This document shows, piece by piece, positions 18,156 to 28,422 of a stretch of DNA of 37,120 nucleotides (within the stretch, counting starts at the first letter, position 1; every line of letters begins with the position of its first letter). The translations under genes were made by a program, and so were the position numbers. The notes under the pieces are model-generated. The model saw only the letters and a list, made by a program, of their open reading frames with translations, was not told where the DNA came from and ran no database searches. The DNA comes from Rhodoferax sp. GTDB lineage: Bacteria; Pseudomonadota; Gammaproteobacteria; Burkholderiales; Burkholderiaceae_C. The stretch covers positions 1-37,120 of the forward strand of contig JANMVO010000528.1 of assembly GCA_031392805.1 (NCBI GenBank), written 5' to 3'.

Positions 18156-18832
18156 TTTTTACCTTCTACGGCAACCGCACCCGCGTCGGGCCGTGGATTC
18201 ACCCCCAGCGCATTTAGTTTAACTTCCACAAGGCGCCGATACTCAAGGCGATCACCAAAGGCTTTGTAGGATTTTTCGTACTCTGTTCTGGCTTCGGCTT
18301 TCTTGCCCTGCAGGGAGAAAATATCCCCTTTGCGGTCTGCCACCAGCGCTGCAAATTCTGCGGGAAAATTACCTGCAAGCTGCTTGAAAGCCTCGTCATA
18401 AGCTTTCGAATCCATCAAAACGCCAGCCAGACGCAGCTTGGCAACGGCTTGGTAGCCTTCATCTGGCGATTTTTCAGCGACCCAGCGCAAAGCCGCCTTG
18501 GCTTCATCAAGTTTGCCGCCTTCAAAATACGCTTTAGCCGCCATCAATGCGGCTTGCTGGGCATAGGTGGTGCCTGCAAACTTGCCTTTCATGTCAGTCA
18601 GCACCCGGTCAAGTTTGAACGTGTCGCCCGCTTTGACAACACGATCCAATTCGTCATACAGGGCAGACGCCTGGGTTGCCTGACTTTGTTGCCAGCGATG
18701 GTAGAGATTCCAAGCGGCAAAACCACCCAGCACCAGAATCAAAGCCCAGGTGATGAGGTTGCCGTACTGTTTCCAGAAATGTTTGATCTGGTCGAGTTGC
18801 TCTTGTTCTTCGAGGTCTAAATGATTTGCCAT
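18152..18832 (-). CDS. YfgM-family TPR-like membrane-anchored protein
   Basis: N-terminal anchor LITWALILVLGGFAAW followed by a helical repeat domain. It has the conserved hisS-yfgM-bamB position, and its stop overlaps the bamB start. Confidence 0.75.
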   Translation of the reverse strand: MANHLDLEEQEQLDQIKHFWKQYGNLITWALILVLGGFAAWNLYHRWQQSQATQASALYDELDRVVKAGDTFKLDRVLTDMKGKFAGTTYAQQAALMAAKAYFEGGKLDEAKAALRWVAEKSPDEGYQAVAKLRLAGVLMDSKAYDEAFKQLAGNFPAEFAALVADRKGDIFSLQGKKAEARTEYEKSYKAFGDRLEYRRLVEVKLNALGVNPRPDAGAVAVEGKK

Positions 18833-18844
18833 GACGATGATCGT

Positions 18845-20182
18845 TTAAGTGCGCGATTGTAGGGTGCCGGCCCAGGTCGCAATGGAGGTCAACGACTGCT
18901 TGACCTGGCCGCCGCCGCCATCGCGCAGGGGTTTCACGGCAACGGCATTTTCAGCCAGTTCATCCGGTCCGAAAATCAGCGCGTACCGCGCACCACTGCC
19001 GTCCGCCCGCTTGAACTGGGACTTCATGCTGCCCATGCCTTCGGCGGCAGCCGCGTGCATTTGAACGCTGACACCTGCCGCCCGAAGTTCCTGCAGCGCT
19101 TTCATGGCCACAGGCAAGGAAGCAGCCTCGGGAATAATCGCGTAGGCATCCAGAGCGGGCTGCGCAATGATCAGACCCTGCTCCTTGATGAGCTCAAGCA
19201 CACGTTCCACGCCGAGCGCCCAGCCCACTGCGGGTGCGGGATTGCCACCCATTTGCATCATGAGATCATCGTATCGGCCACCCGCACAAATGGTGCCCTG
19301 CGCACCCAGACTGGTGGTGATGAATTCAAAGACGGTCAGCTTGTAATAATCCATACCGCGAACCAGGCGCGGATTGACCGTGTAGGCCACGCCATTGGCT
19401 TGCAGGATGGTCTTGACGGCATCGAAGTGCGCCAGCGATGCGCGCCCCAGAAAATCAAGCAGTTTCGGCGCGGACGCCACCACGGACTGCATCGCCGGGT
19501 TTTTGCTGTCCAGAATGCGCAGCGGATTGCTGTTCAACCGTCGGCGCGCGTCGTCGTCCAGCAGCTCGGCATGCTGCCCAAAATGGGCAATCAGCGCCGC
19601 ACGGTGAAGTTTTCGCTCATCTGGCTGGCCCAGGCTGTTGATCTCAAGCCGGACATTCTCGAAGCCAAGCTCCTTCCACAGCGCATCGGCCAGCAAGATG
19701 AGTTCAGCATCCACTGCGGCCCCGGCAAAGCCCAGTGCCTCTGCCCCAATCTGGTGAAACTGGCGGTAACGCCCACGCTGCGGACGTTCGTGGCGAAACA
19801 TGGGGCCCATGTAATACAGGCGCTTGCCACCGTCGTACAACATGGAATGTTCAATGGCAGCGCGCACCACACCCGCTGTGTTTTCGGGCCGCAGCGTAAG
19901 GGCTTCGCCATTGAGGTGATCTTCAAAGGAGTACATCTCCTTCTCGACAATATCGGTCACCTCGCCCAAACCGCGGACAAACAGGGCTGTCGGCTCAACA
20001 ATCGGGGTTCGGATATTGCGATAGGCGTAGCGCGCCATCAGCGAGCGGACCTTGCCTTCCAGCCATTCCCAGCGCGCAGATTCCGGCGGGAGAATGTCGT
20101 TCATGCCCTTGACGGCGGTCAATTTCTCGGTCTTGAAGGCGGACAACTTGTCAGTTTTTGCGGCAGTTAGTTTCTCAACCAT
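18845..20182 (-). CDS. hisS: histidine--tRNA ligase
   Basis: GMNDILP and [16 protein letters not shown] (motif 2). The N-terminus carries three 8-aa repeats before the canonical start region. Confidence 0.95.
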   Translation of the reverse strand: MVEKLTAAKTDKLSAFKTEKLTAVKGMNDILPPESARWEWLEGKVRSLMARYAYRNIRTPIVEPTALFVRGLGEVTDIVEKEMYSFEDHLNGEALTLRPENTAGVVRAAIEHSMLYDGGKRLYYMGPMFRHERPQRGRYRQFHQIGAEALGFAGAAVDAELILLADALWKELGFENVRLEINSLGQPDERKLHRAALIAHFGQHAELLDDDARRRLNSNPLRILDSKNPAMQSVVASAPKLLDFLGRASLAHFDAVKTILQANGVAYTVNPRLVRGMDYYKLTVFEFITTSLGAQGTICAGGRYDDLMMQMGGNPAPAVGWALGVERVLELIKEQGLIIAQPALDAYAIIPEAASLPVAMKALQELRAAGVSVQMHAAAAEGMGSMKSQFKRADGSGARYALIFGPDELAENAVAVKPLRDGGGGQVKQSLTSIATWAGTLQSRT

Positions 20183-20191
20183 GTTTATAGA

Positions 20192-21466
20192 TCAGATGGT
20201 TTCGGCCGCACGTGAAGCGCCAAACCGTTTTTCAATGTAGTCTTCGACGACTTGCTGAAAGTCCTGGGCAATAGCGTCGCCGCGCAAGGTCATGCGTTTC
20301 TCGCCATCAATAAACACCGGAGCAGCAGGCGCTTCACCCGAGCCGGGAAGGCTGATGCCGATATCGGCGTGCTTGCTCTCGCCCGGTCCGTTCACAATAC
20401 AGCCCATCACTGCAACCTTGAGTTTTTCGACGCCTGGGTACTTTTCACGCCAGACCGGCATTTGCGCTCTCAGGAAATCATCAATCTGCTTGGTGAGTTC
20501 CTGAAAGGTGGTGCTGGTGGTACGTCCACACCCTGGGCAAGCCGTCACGCTGGGCACGAAAGTCCGCAGGCCCAGTGCCTGGAGAATCTCCAAGGCGATG
20601 ACGACTTCCTGAGTACGGGGCTCTTTCGGGGCGGGCGTCAGCGAGACGCGAATCGTGTCGCCAATGCCCTCTTGCAGCAAGATGGACAAGGCAGTGGCTG
20701 AGGCTACCGTGCCCTTGGTGCCCATACCAGCCTCGGTCAAACCGAGATGCAAGGCATAGTCGCCCCGCTTTGCCAACTCGCGGTAGACCGAGATCAAATC
20801 CTGCACACCGCTGACCTTGCAGGACAGGATGATCTGATTGCTGTCCATGCCCATTTCCTGCGCACGGCGGGCAGAATCCAGGGCGGACGTGATCAACGCT
20901 TCGTACATGACCGGTTTAGCATCCCATGGCACCGCGCGGCGGCTGTTTTCGTCCATCAGGCTGGCCAGCAGCTCCTGATCCAGGCTGCCCCAGTTCACGC
21001 CGATGCGCACGGGCTTGTTCCAGCGCAAGGCGGCTTCAATCATTTGCCCAAACTGTTTGTCGTGCTTGTCACCTTTGCCCACATTGCCAGGATTGATGCG
21101 GTACTTTGACAGCGCCTCGGCGCACGCCGGATAGTCAGTGAGCAAGCGATGTCCGTTGTAATGAAAGTCGCCAATCAAGGGGACATCAATGCCCATGCGG
21201 TCAAGCTGCTCCCTGACGTGCGGAACCGCCTGGGCCGCCTCGGGCGTGTTCACGGTGATGCGGACCAACTCAGACCCGGCCATTGCCAGTTCCTTGACCT
21301 GGATGGCGGTGCCAATGGCATCGGCGGTGTCGGTATTGGTCATGGACTGAACGCGAACTGGCGCGTCGCCGCCCACGGTCACGACCCGTGTGCCCCAACT
21401 CACGCGGGCTTGACGCGTACGCCGGGCTTGCGGCGCAGCAGACTCAATGGGAAGACATGGATTCAC
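20192..21466 (-). CDS. ispG: 4-hydroxy-3-methylbut-2-en-1-yl diphosphate synthase (flavodoxin)
   Basis: Full-length GcpE-like protein with the C-terminal Cys cluster (CPGCGRT ... GCIVNGPGE). GTG start 21466 shares one base with the rodZ stop. Confidence 0.95.
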   Translation of the reverse strand: MNPCLPIESAAPQARRTRQARVSWGTRVVTVGGDAPVRVQSMTNTDTADAIGTAIQVKELAMAGSELVRITVNTPEAAQAVPHVREQLDRMGIDVPLIGDFHYNGHRLLTDYPACAEALSKYRINPGNVGKGDKHDKQFGQMIEAALRWNKPVRIGVNWGSLDQELLASLMDENSRRAVPWDAKPVMYEALITSALDSARRAQEMGMDSNQIILSCKVSGVQDLISVYRELAKRGDYALHLGLTEAGMGTKGTVASATALSILLQEGIGDTIRVSLTPAPKEPRTQEVVIALEILQALGLRTFVPSVTACPGCGRTTSTTFQELTKQIDDFLRAQMPVWREKYPGVEKLKVAVMGCIVNGPGESKHADIGISLPGSGEAPAAPVFIDGEKRMTLRGDAIAQDFQQVVEDYIEKRFGASRAAETI

Positions 21467-22410
21467 TATCGCACCTCAAAACGTGCCACATTGTTTTTGG
21501 TCAGGGGTGCAAGATCAAACGGCTTACCCCGCACCTGCACTTCAGTGGTGTCGGCCCGGCCCACAATCACCATCAGCGGAAGACTTCCGGATGCACCCAC
21601 GGTCTCGCCAGCACCCATTGTTTTGCGCAACTGAACTACGGCACGGGCATCTGTTACCTCAACCCAGGACGTTGCGCGGGTTTTGATCACCACGGTGCCG
21701 GTATTGGCTGGCGCGCCAGGCTCCGCAGCCAAAGCTCCGGTCGGCGCTATCTCTGCCGGTAAGGATGGCGTCACGGTTGCGCCGTCGAGGCGGCCACCCG
21801 CTGGCAGGTTGGAGGCAGCCAGCGATGTTGACGCAATCAGGGCGGCCTGTGCGCCAACGTCTACAGGGGCGCTCTGCGTGACGGGTTCCATGGCTTCCTG
21901 CGGTGGTGCAACGGGAGCGGGTGGTATCGATGCCGGTCCAAGTGCACCCACTGACCGTTCTACGGACGGGAACAGCACCAGAACCAGCGCGCCAACCACC
22001 AACACCAGCGCGGCTATGACCACGGGCCTGGAAAGCTGGCCCAACGGCGTCAGGCGGAGGTCTTGACCGGGCGAACGAAACGGTGTGTTGATTCTCATTG
22101 CTTTCGAGTGGAGCTGCGTCTTTGTGGTCTGCGGCAGGCAAGCGAGAATGGGCGCAGGGTCGGTTTTCAGGGTGCGGCAAACACTGGATGCCAATGCCCG
22201 TGCAAACACCGCATCGGGCAACAAGTCAAGCTGGTCGGCCTCAAGCGCCTCCAGCTTCTTGACCGGCACTTTGAGTGCCACTGCAAGCGCGGCAATGTGC
22301 AGGCCTGCCGCCTCACGGGCCTGGCGCAACAGGGCGCCTGCTGACATCTGCGGTGCCAGCTCGGGCTTTTGGGCGTGAGAGTCTGATTGAGGCGCTTGCG
22401 TGTTACTCAT
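21466..22410 (-). CDS. rodZ: RodZ-like cytoskeleton protein (HTH + TM + DUF4115)
   Basis: N-terminal HTH ([25 protein letters not shown]), TM segment [19 protein letters not shown], and a C-terminal DUF4115-like beta domain. Start ATG 22410 overlaps the pilW stop. Confidence 0.8.
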   Translation of the reverse strand: MSNTQAPQSDSHAQKPELAPQMSAGALLRQAREAAGLHIAALAVALKVPVKKLEALEADQLDLLPDAVFARALASSVCRTLKTDPAPILACLPQTTKTQLHSKAMRINTPFRSPGQDLRLTPLGQLSRPVVIAALVLVVGALVLVLFPSVERSVGALGPASIPPAPVAPPQEAMEPVTQSAPVDVGAQAALIASTSLAASNLPAGGRLDGATVTPSLPAEIAPTGALAAEPGAPANTGTVVIKTRATSWVEVTDARAVVQLRKTMGAGETVGASGSLPLMVIVGRADTTEVQVRGKPFDLAPLTKNNVARFEVR

Positions 22411-23245
22411 CAAAAGCACCCCGTTCAAATGCTGCCAGTTCACGTGACTGCGCAAAGCGTTTTTTGAGTTGACCGGCCAGTTGCTGTATGGCTTCACGGT
22501 TTTCCAGCCGACGCTCCACCTTGATGCCCAGCCACAGCGATTCGGAATTGGCCAGCTCGCTGTTGTTCAGTCGCCGCACGTAAAATTGGGAGCGAACCAG
22601 TTCACCCCGCTGGAAAAGTAAATTTGCAAGGTTGTAACCGGTGACGGGATTTCCCGCATCGAGTTCATAGGATCGCTGAAAGCTGGTTTCGGCCTGTGCA
22701 CCCAGACCCGCCTTCATCTGACAAAGCCCCAGTGCCATCCACGACTTGGCCCGCCCGCCGTACAGAGGCATGGCAATGGCCTGGGACAGGGCTTTCTCCG
22801 ACTCTGGAAACCGCGCCTGCTGGCACAGCAGCCAGCCATAGTTGTGCATGACATCCGCGTCACGCGGATTGATGGCCAGAGCACGGCGAAAGCTGTCTTC
22901 AGCGAGTCGCGGATCATTGAGGCGCATGTAGATCAGCCCGCGCAGGTTATAGGCTGGCGCAAAATTGGGGTCCGCCGAAATCGACTGCTTGAGTTCATCC
23001 AGCGCAACGGTGGTCTGCCCTTGTTCAAAATAGCCGACTGCCAGTTCCAGGCGAATACGGGCTCTTTTTCTGACCTCGGGTTCGTCAGAGTCGGTCACGA
23101 TGTCACCCTTGGCACCGGCCGGTCCACTGTCGGAATTTGATGCGCATCCACCCAAACTAGCAAGACCCACCGATCCGAATGCGGCCACACAGACGCAGAA
23201 AATCCATCGCCAAATCTGCGGCCACCCTGATGTCGTCAGTCCCAT
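22403..23245 (-). CDS. pilW: TPR lipoprotein, type IV pilus biogenesis/stability protein PilW-like
   Basis: Lipobox LGGC and multiple TPR units. It has the conserved rlmN-pilW-rodZ order. Confidence 0.8.
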   Translation of the reverse strand: MGLTTSGWPQIWRWIFCVCVAAFGSVGLASLGGCASNSDSGPAGAKGDIVTDSDEPEVRKRARIRLELAVGYFEQGQTTVALDELKQSISADPNFAPAYNLRGLIYMRLNDPRLAEDSFRRALAINPRDADVMHNYGWLLCQQARFPESEKALSQAIAMPLYGGRAKSWMALGLCQMKAGLGAQAETSFQRSYELDAGNPVTGYNLANLLFQRGELVRSQFYVRRLNNSELANSESLWLGIKVERRLENREAIQQLAGQLKKRFAQSRELAAFERGAFDE

Positions 23246-23248
23246 AGG

Positions 23249-24409
23249 TCAATGCTCCTGAGGCGGTGTGGCAAACGCCAAAACGGGCTTGATCATTACG
23301 GTGCGGTGACCCGTGCGCTGGCGGGCCATGCGATCATTCACGCGGGTGCGATCCTTGACGTCGCCAGCCAGTTGCCCGCAAGCCGCATCGATGTCGTCGC
23401 CACGTGTTTTGCGAACCGTGGTGACAATCCCCGCGTCATGCAGGACTTTGGCGAATTCAGCAATCCGGCTTGAGGATGATCGCGTCAAGCCCGAGGCAGG
23501 AAAAGGGTTGAACGGAATCAGATTGAATTTGCCCCAAACACCACCGGTACTGTGTTGCCGGACCAGATCAACCAGTTGCATTGCATGCGCCGGCTGGTCA
23601 TTCACCCCATCCAGCATGCAGTATTCAAAGGTAATGAAGTCGCGCGGTGCGTGCGCCAGATAGCGGTTGCAGGCAGCCATCAACTCGGCAATGGGGTACT
23701 TGCGGTTCAGTGGCACAAGGTCGTCACGCAGAAGGTCATTGGGGGCATGCAACGACACCGCCAGCGCAACCGGGCAATCCTGCCCCAGGCGATCCATCAT
23801 GGGCACGACACCTGATGTGGACACGGTGACGCGCCTGCGCGAAAGTCCGTAGCCGTGGTCATCCAGCATCACACGCAACGCGGGAACAAGGGCGGAATAA
23901 TTCTGCAAAGGCTCGCCCATGCCCATCATGACGACGTTGGAGATGACGCGGTCTTGCCGTCCTGATTGCTTGCGCAAAAAATGCTCGGCAAACCACAACT
24001 GAGCCACAATTTCCCCGGTGGTCAGATTGCGACTGAAGCCCTGATGACCCGTAGAACAGAACCTACATCCCACCGCACAGCCCGCCTGCGATGAAATACA
24101 CAGCGTGCCGCGATCATCCTCCGGGATAAAAACGGTCTCTACCGCATCACCAGCACCGACGTCGAACAGCCACTTGATGGTGCCATCTTTTGAGACGTGC
24201 TGGTCATTCACCGTCAGCGGCGTGACCTGCGCCACACCCTTGAGCTTTTCGCGCAAAGACTTGGCGAGATCGCTCATCTCGTCATAATTCGAGACACCGT
24301 TTTGGTGAATCCAGCGGAATAACTGTTTTGCCCGAAAGCGTTTTTCGCCCAGGCCCTCACAAAAAGCGGCCAATCCATCAAGGTCGTAATCGAGCAGGTT
24401 GACCGTCAT
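23249..24409 (-). CDS. rlmN: 23S rRNA/tRNA (adenine-C2)-methyltransferase, radical SAM
   Basis: [11 protein letters not shown] radical-SAM motif and the C-terminal conserved Cys (DIDAACGQL). Confidence 0.95.
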   Translation of the reverse strand: MTVNLLDYDLDGLAAFCEGLGEKRFRAKQLFRWIHQNGVSNYDEMSDLAKSLREKLKGVAQVTPLTVNDQHVSKDGTIKWLFDVGAGDAVETVFIPEDDRGTLCISSQAGCAVGCRFCSTGHQGFSRNLTTGEIVAQLWFAEHFLRKQSGRQDRVISNVVMMGMGEPLQNYSALVPALRVMLDDHGYGLSRRRVTVSTSGVVPMMDRLGQDCPVALAVSLHAPNDLLRDDLVPLNRKYPIAELMAACNRYLAHAPRDFITFEYCMLDGVNDQPAHAMQLVDLVRQHSTGGVWGKFNLIPFNPFPASGLTRSSSSRIAEFAKVLHDAGIVTTVRKTRGDDIDAACGQLAGDVKDRTRVNDRMARQRTGHRTVMIKPVLAFATPPQEH

Positions 24410-24431
24410 CGCGAACGCTAGATTGAAGACA

Positions 24432-24857
24432 TCAACGTGAGTACACGTTCATGCCGGGGAAGAAGAAGCCAATTTCAACAGCCGCTGTTTCAGCCGCATC
24501 AGAGCCATGCACTGCATTGGCATCGATGCTGTCGGCAAAGTCAGCGCGGATGGTGCCGGCGGCTGCTTTCTTCGGGTCGGTAGCGCCCATGAGATCGCGG
24601 TTCTTCAGGATGGCTCCCTCGCCTTCGAGTGCCTGGATCATCACCGGGCCGGAAATCATGAAGCCAACCAGGTCCTTGAAGAAAGGGCGCTCCTTGTGAA
24701 CCGCATAAAAGGCCTCTGCCTCGCCACGGGACAGATGCGCCATGCGGGCAGCCACCACTTTGAGGCCTGCTGCCTCAAAACGGGCATAAATCTGACCGAT
24801 GACGTTTTTTGCCACTGCGTCGGGCTTGATGATGGAGAGAGTGCGTTCGATTGTCAT
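24432..24857 (-). CDS. ndk: nucleoside-diphosphate kinase
   Basis: 141 aa, [12 protein letters not shown] ... NAVHGSD active-site His. Confidence 0.97.
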   Translation of the reverse strand: MTIERTLSIIKPDAVAKNVIGQIYARFEAAGLKVVAARMAHLSRGEAEAFYAVHKERPFFKDLVGFMISGPVMIQALEGEGAILKNRDLMGATDPKKAAAGTIRADFADSIDANAVHGSDAAETAAVEIGFFFPGMNVYSR

Positions 24858-24988
24858 GTGTTATTTCCTGGACTTGGGTTTCGCTTGAGGTTTCAGTATC
24901 TGCTGCAAAGGCAAAGCCGCTTATTTTAACCCGCAGGGGCTGATCGGGCAGCCCTAGGTGAACACGGGCAAACTTGCCCTGTCAACAC

Positions 24989-25152
24989 GGGGGAAGCGCG
25001 GATTTATTCCTCGCGGCCCGTGAACACTTGGCTTGGGCGGTCTGCGGACTTGGTTTTTTTGCAAATATTTCCGACATTTGCTGCAAATGGGCCTTGCAGC
25101 CCATCCCAACCCAAGCGCCACGAATCCACAATGAATAATGCCGCGCTTCCCC
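24989..25152 (-). repeat. ~165-nt rod-like structured repeat, copy A (candidate transcribed palindromic element / ncRNA)
   Basis: The termini GGGGAAGCGCGG / CCGCGCTTCCCC are perfect inverted repeats, and the whole element folds into one long imperfect hairpin. It is homologous over its full length to 31506..31667. Confidence 0.7.
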
Positions 25153-25168
25153 AAGTCCGACAGGGCTG

Positions 25169-26662
25169 CTAGCGACCGCCCCGTCCATTACCGCCGTAAC
25201 CGCCACTACCTCCACCTCCACGGCCACGCCCGCCGCCGCCCGAGCCGCCAGGTCGACGCTGGCCCTGTCCCTGACCCGCCTGGCGCTGACGCAAAAAGCT
25301 GTCCGCGCCGATATACCCAAACGCTGTTTTCATGGGATCGGGCTGCGCATCTGAAGCCTGTCGGTCTGCACGGTCAGTCTGGGCGCCTCGATCTGACCGG
25401 CCGCTGTTTCGCCCTTGCCCACTGGTTGCCGGGTTCACCTGGCCACCTCCTGCGGTGTTGGCAGGTGGTCCATTTCGCTGACCGCGTCCCGAACCACGAG
25501 GCCCGCCGGTGCGCCCACCGCGGCGTCGATTTCGCCCACCGCCCGGCCCGCCGCCCCCGCCATCAAGGCCCGTTCCGCCCTGATCCTGGGCGTTGCCAAC
25601 GTCAGTTCGCACGCCTGAACGCTCACCACGACCCTGACCAACGTTTGACCCGGCAGATTGCATGATCGAGCGAATGTCGGAGTCATCCAGCTCCATCCAC
25701 GCACCCCGTTTAAGCCCGCGGGGCAACACCATGGCCCCATAGCGGATGCGAATCAGACGGCTGACGGCGTGCCCCACCGCTTCAAACATGCGGCGCACCT
25801 CGCGGTTACGTCCTTCAGAGATCGTGACCCGGTACCAGCAATTCGCGCCCTCGCCGCCACCGTCTTCGATAGCCCCAAACTGCGCCACACCATCGCCAAG
25901 TTTGACGCCCTCCAGCAGTTTTTGCCGTTCTTCCTTGTTCAGGCTGCCAAGTACGCGCACCGCGTACTCACGCTCCAGCCCAAACCGGGGGTGCATCAGG
26001 TTGTTGGCCAGTTCGCCCGAGCTGGTGAAGAGCAGCAAACCTTCGGTGTTAAGGTCAAGCCGGCCAACGGATTGCCATTTGCCCTGCGTCAATTTTGGCA
26101 GGCGGCGAAACACGGTGGGACGGTTCTGTGGATCGTCATTGGTAACCACCTCCCCCGCCGGCTTGTGGTAGGCGATCACACGGGCTGGCGGCGGATCAAT
26201 GCGAAAACGAATTGGCTTTCCATTGACTTTCACGTGGTCGCCAAACTGGATGCGCTGCCCGATGTGGGCCGGCTCATTGTTCACGGTGATGCGCCCCTCC
26301 ATGATGAGCTGCTCCATCTCCAGCCGCGAGCCCATACCCGACTGCGCCAGCACCTTGTGCAGTTTGGGGGTTTCGGCCAGCGGCGCAAGCACCCGCTTGG
26401 GCGGCGACAGATCGGCAATGTTTTCATCGGAATCAAACTGCCCCGACACCACATCTTCAAAACGGTTGCCCGTTGGCAACGCCACTGACTTCACGACAGG
26501 GGTGGCAGCGACAGGGGCTGCAGCGGCCCTATTTGGCGCCTGAACCTCAGTTGCTACTTTTTCAATAGCAATATCGCTAGCGTTGACAAGGGCTAGAGGG
26601 TCATTTTTGCCATCAATTGGAACAATTTCAGGCATTCGGGCATCCGGGTTGTCTGTGATCAT
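25169..26662 (-). CDS. rluB: 23S rRNA pseudouridine synthase RluB with long N-terminal extension and Arg/Gly-rich C-terminal tail
   Basis: S4 domain ([21 protein letters not shown]), catalytic [14 protein letters not shown], then ~185 aa of RGG-like low complexity. The ATG overlaps the scpB stop (ATGA). Confidence 0.9.
   Translation of the reverse strand: MITDNPDARMPEIVPIDGKNDPLALVNASDIAIEKVATEVQAPNRAAAAPVAATPVVKSVALPTGNRFEDVVSGQFDSDENIADLSPPKRVLAPLAETPKLHKVLAQSGMGSRLEMEQLIMEGRITVNNEPAHIGQRIQFGDHVKVNGKPIRFRIDPPPARVIAYHKPAGEVVTNDDPQNRPTVFRRLPKLTQGKWQSVGRLDLNTEGLLLFTSSGELANNLMHPRFGLEREYAVRVLGSLNKEERQKLLEGVKLGDGVAQFGAIEDGGGEGANCWYRVTISEGRNREVRRMFEAVGHAVSRLIRIRYGAMVLPRGLKRGAWMELDDSDIRSIMQSAGSNVGQGRGERSGVRTDVGNAQDQGGTGLDGGGGGPGGGRNRRRGGRTGGPRGSGRGQRNGPPANTAGGGQVNPATSGQGRNSGRSDRGAQTDRADRQASDAQPDPMKTAFGYIGADSFLRQRQAGQGQGQRRPGGSGGGGRGRGGGGSGGYGGNGRGGR
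26558..26620 (+). repeat. short dispersed repeat, diverged copy S4, inside the rluB N-terminal extension
   Basis: CTTTTTCAATAGCAATATCGCTAGCGTTGACAAGGGCTAGAGGGTCATTTTTGCCATCAATTGG aligns with S1/S2. Through TTTTTGCC-TCAA-TGG it also aligns with the inverted copy at 37081..37120. Confidence 0.4.
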
Positions 26663-27261
26663 GTTGGAAATCCGCTGATAGGGGAAACGTGTTCGACCGG
26701 GCCCGGCTCTTCAACCAGCGCCATCTGCGCAGCCAGCCCGGCTTGAAGCGCAGCGTTGTCAAGCAATGGCAGTTGATCAAGTGACTCTATGCCCAAATCG
26801 TCCAGAAATTGCCGGGTTGTTGCAAACAGTGCGGGGCGGCCCACGGTTTCCCGGTGCCCGATTACCTCCACCCAGCCGCGATCTTCAAGTTGCTTGATGA
26901 TCAAAGAATTGATGGTCACGCCACGAATGTCTTCCATATCACCCCGGGTGACGGGCTGGCGATAGACAATGATGGCCAGAGTCTCCAGCGCCGCGCGGGT
27001 GTATCGCGGCGGCTTTTCCGGATGCAGGCGATCCAGGTAATGGCGCAACTCGGGCCGGCTCTGAAACCGCCAGCCGCTGGCCACGCTCACCAGTTGGGCA
27101 CCGCGCGGCACCCAATCAAGCTGAATGTCCAGCAGCAATGACTTGAGCGTGTCGGTGCCAAGTTCGTCGTCAAACAGCGCGCGCATGTCGCGTAACGGCA
27201 TCGGCTGCTGTGCGCAAATCAGGGCGGTTTCTAGTACGCGTTTGGCATCCACCGTATTCAT
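26659..27261 (-). CDS. scpB: SMC-Scp complex subunit ScpB
   Basis: 200 aa with two winged-helix repeats ([23 protein letters not shown]). Confidence 0.9.
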   Translation of the reverse strand: MNTVDAKRVLETALICAQQPMPLRDMRALFDDELGTDTLKSLLLDIQLDWVPRGAQLVSVASGWRFQSRPELRHYLDRLHPEKPPRYTRAALETLAIIVYRQPVTRGDMEDIRGVTINSLIIKQLEDRGWVEVIGHRETVGRPALFATTRQFLDDLGIESLDQLPLLDNAALQAGLAAQMALVEEPGPVEHVSPISGFPT

Positions 27262-27409
27262 GGTTTGGCGATTCCGGGAAGGGCACCGTCACGGCGCAAA
27301 ATCTGGGTGATTCGAACTTGGCCGCAACGCGCGAACTGATATGTTCGCGGTGCACACCTGGGTCAATCATGCGCAAGGCGCGTTTGCCAGGGCACTGGCT
27401 ATCGAGCCA

Positions 27410-28402
27410 TCAGGTTTCATTGTAGCTCAGGCCACACGCAATGACTGCATTGCGAAGGTCTGGCGGCAATGGCGCATGAAACGCCAGCGCCGCGCCGGTG
27501 GCCGGATGGGCAAACGCGAGTCGGCGGGCATGCAGGGCCTGGCGCTGCATGCCCATTCCAGCCACGCCACCGTACAGCTCGTCGGCAATCAGGGGGTAGC
27601 CAATCGACGCCATATGAACCCGAATCTGATGTGTGCGCCCAGTGTGCAATGTGCAGCGAACCAAAGTCCCCAGCGCCGAGCTGTCCAGCATGCTGATGGT
27701 GGTCCTGGCGGGCTTGCCCGCATGTCGGCCCAGATCAACCACGGCCATGCGCAAGCGGTTTCGCGGATCACGCCCAATCGGGGTTTCGACCTCCCGCGTG
27801 TTGGCACCAATCCACGCGTGGCTGGTCAATGCCAGGTATTGGCGACTGACTTCACGGGCTGCGATCAACTGCACCAAGGCGTCCATGACAGGGCGGGTGC
27901 GGGCCACCATCATCAGCCCACTGGTGTCCTTGTCCAGCCGGTGAACGATGCCAGCGCGTGGCAAAGCAGCGGCCTGCGCATCCTGAGCCAGCAAGCCATT
28001 GAGCAAGGTTCCGGTCCAGTTGCCAGGGGCCGGATGAACCACCAGCCCGGCAGGCTTGTTGATGATCATCAAATGCGCGTCGCTGAACACAATCTGCAGC
28101 GGCATTTCCTGGGGTTTGAAGGCCTGGCTTTGGGGCGTTGGCCGCAATTCGATACTGCCAACTGCGCCAGCTTTGACGCGCGCCGACGGCTTGCAAACCG
28201 TGCGGCCATCCAGCTGAACCGCGCCCGAATCAATCAACTGCTGCAAGTAACTGCGCGAGAACTCCGGCACCAACTGGACTAGGGCAAGATCCAGGCGCAA
28301 ACCATGCTGCGCCGGTGGAATGGTGAGCGCGCGCGATTCAGTCTCAGGCCCGGCGTCACCGCCTTCTTCATGCGCTGCAATTGACTCGCTCGATATAATC
28401 AA
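27410..28402 (-). CDS. rluD: 23S rRNA pseudouridine(1911/1915/1917) synthase RluD
   Basis: S4 domain (GLRLDLALVQLVPEFSRSYLQQLI), HRLDKDTSGLMMVA and GRTHQIRVH. No in-frame ATG lies near the expected N-terminus, so TTG 28402 is assumed. The 435-aa ORF to 28717 is not credible. Confidence 0.85.
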   Translation of the reverse strand: MIISSESIAAHEEGGDAGPETESRALTIPPAQHGLRLDLALVQLVPEFSRSYLQQLIDSGAVQLDGRTVCKPSARVKAGAVGSIELRPTPQSQAFKPQEMPLQIVFSDAHLMIINKPAGLVVHPAPGNWTGTLLNGLLAQDAQAAALPRAGIVHRLDKDTSGLMMVARTRPVMDALVQLIAAREVSRQYLALTSHAWIGANTREVETPIGRDPRNRLRMAVVDLGRHAGKPARTTISMLDSSALGTLVRCTLHTGRTHQIRVHMASIGYPLIADELYGGVAGMGMQRQALHARRLAFAHPATGAALAFHAPLPPDLRNAVIACGLSYNET

Positions 28403-28422
28403 ACCGGAATGTTTCAAGAAAG

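Noticed and set aside
20108-20179. CRISPR-like or VNTR array interpretation of the short tandem repeats (also 30016..30060, 37021..37080, 9996..10025).
   Set aside because: The repeats are contiguous with no spacers, only 2-3 units long, in frame within coding sequence or only 12 nt long, and no cas genes are present.
24858-24988. ndk promoter call: TTGACA at 24987..24982 (minus strand) with a 17-nt spacer, or TAAAAT near 24928.
   Set aside because: The -10 partner of the TTGACA box is poor (TTCACC), and the TAAAAT box lacks a -35. I cannot choose between them without TSS data.
24989-25152. 6S RNA (ssrS) assignment for the ~165-nt rod-like elements. The minus strand contains GUGGCGCU..GGUUGGG and GUUCACGGG, reminiscent of E. 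coli 6S.
   Set aside because: The fold is an almost continuous helix without the large central bubble that mimics open promoter DNA. There are two diverged copies, and the context is not zapA/ygfA. It is kept only as something for cmscan to exclude.
24954-25320. Small minus-strand ORFs inside the structured repeats (24954..25154, 24982..25320, 31449..31685) whose translations resemble each other (…KKP.PQT..AK.SRAARNKSAL…, CGFVAL…).
   Set aside because: The similarity is a by-product of the DNA/RNA repeat. The frames differ in extent between copies, there are no SD sequences, and substitutions follow base-pairing rather than codon logic.
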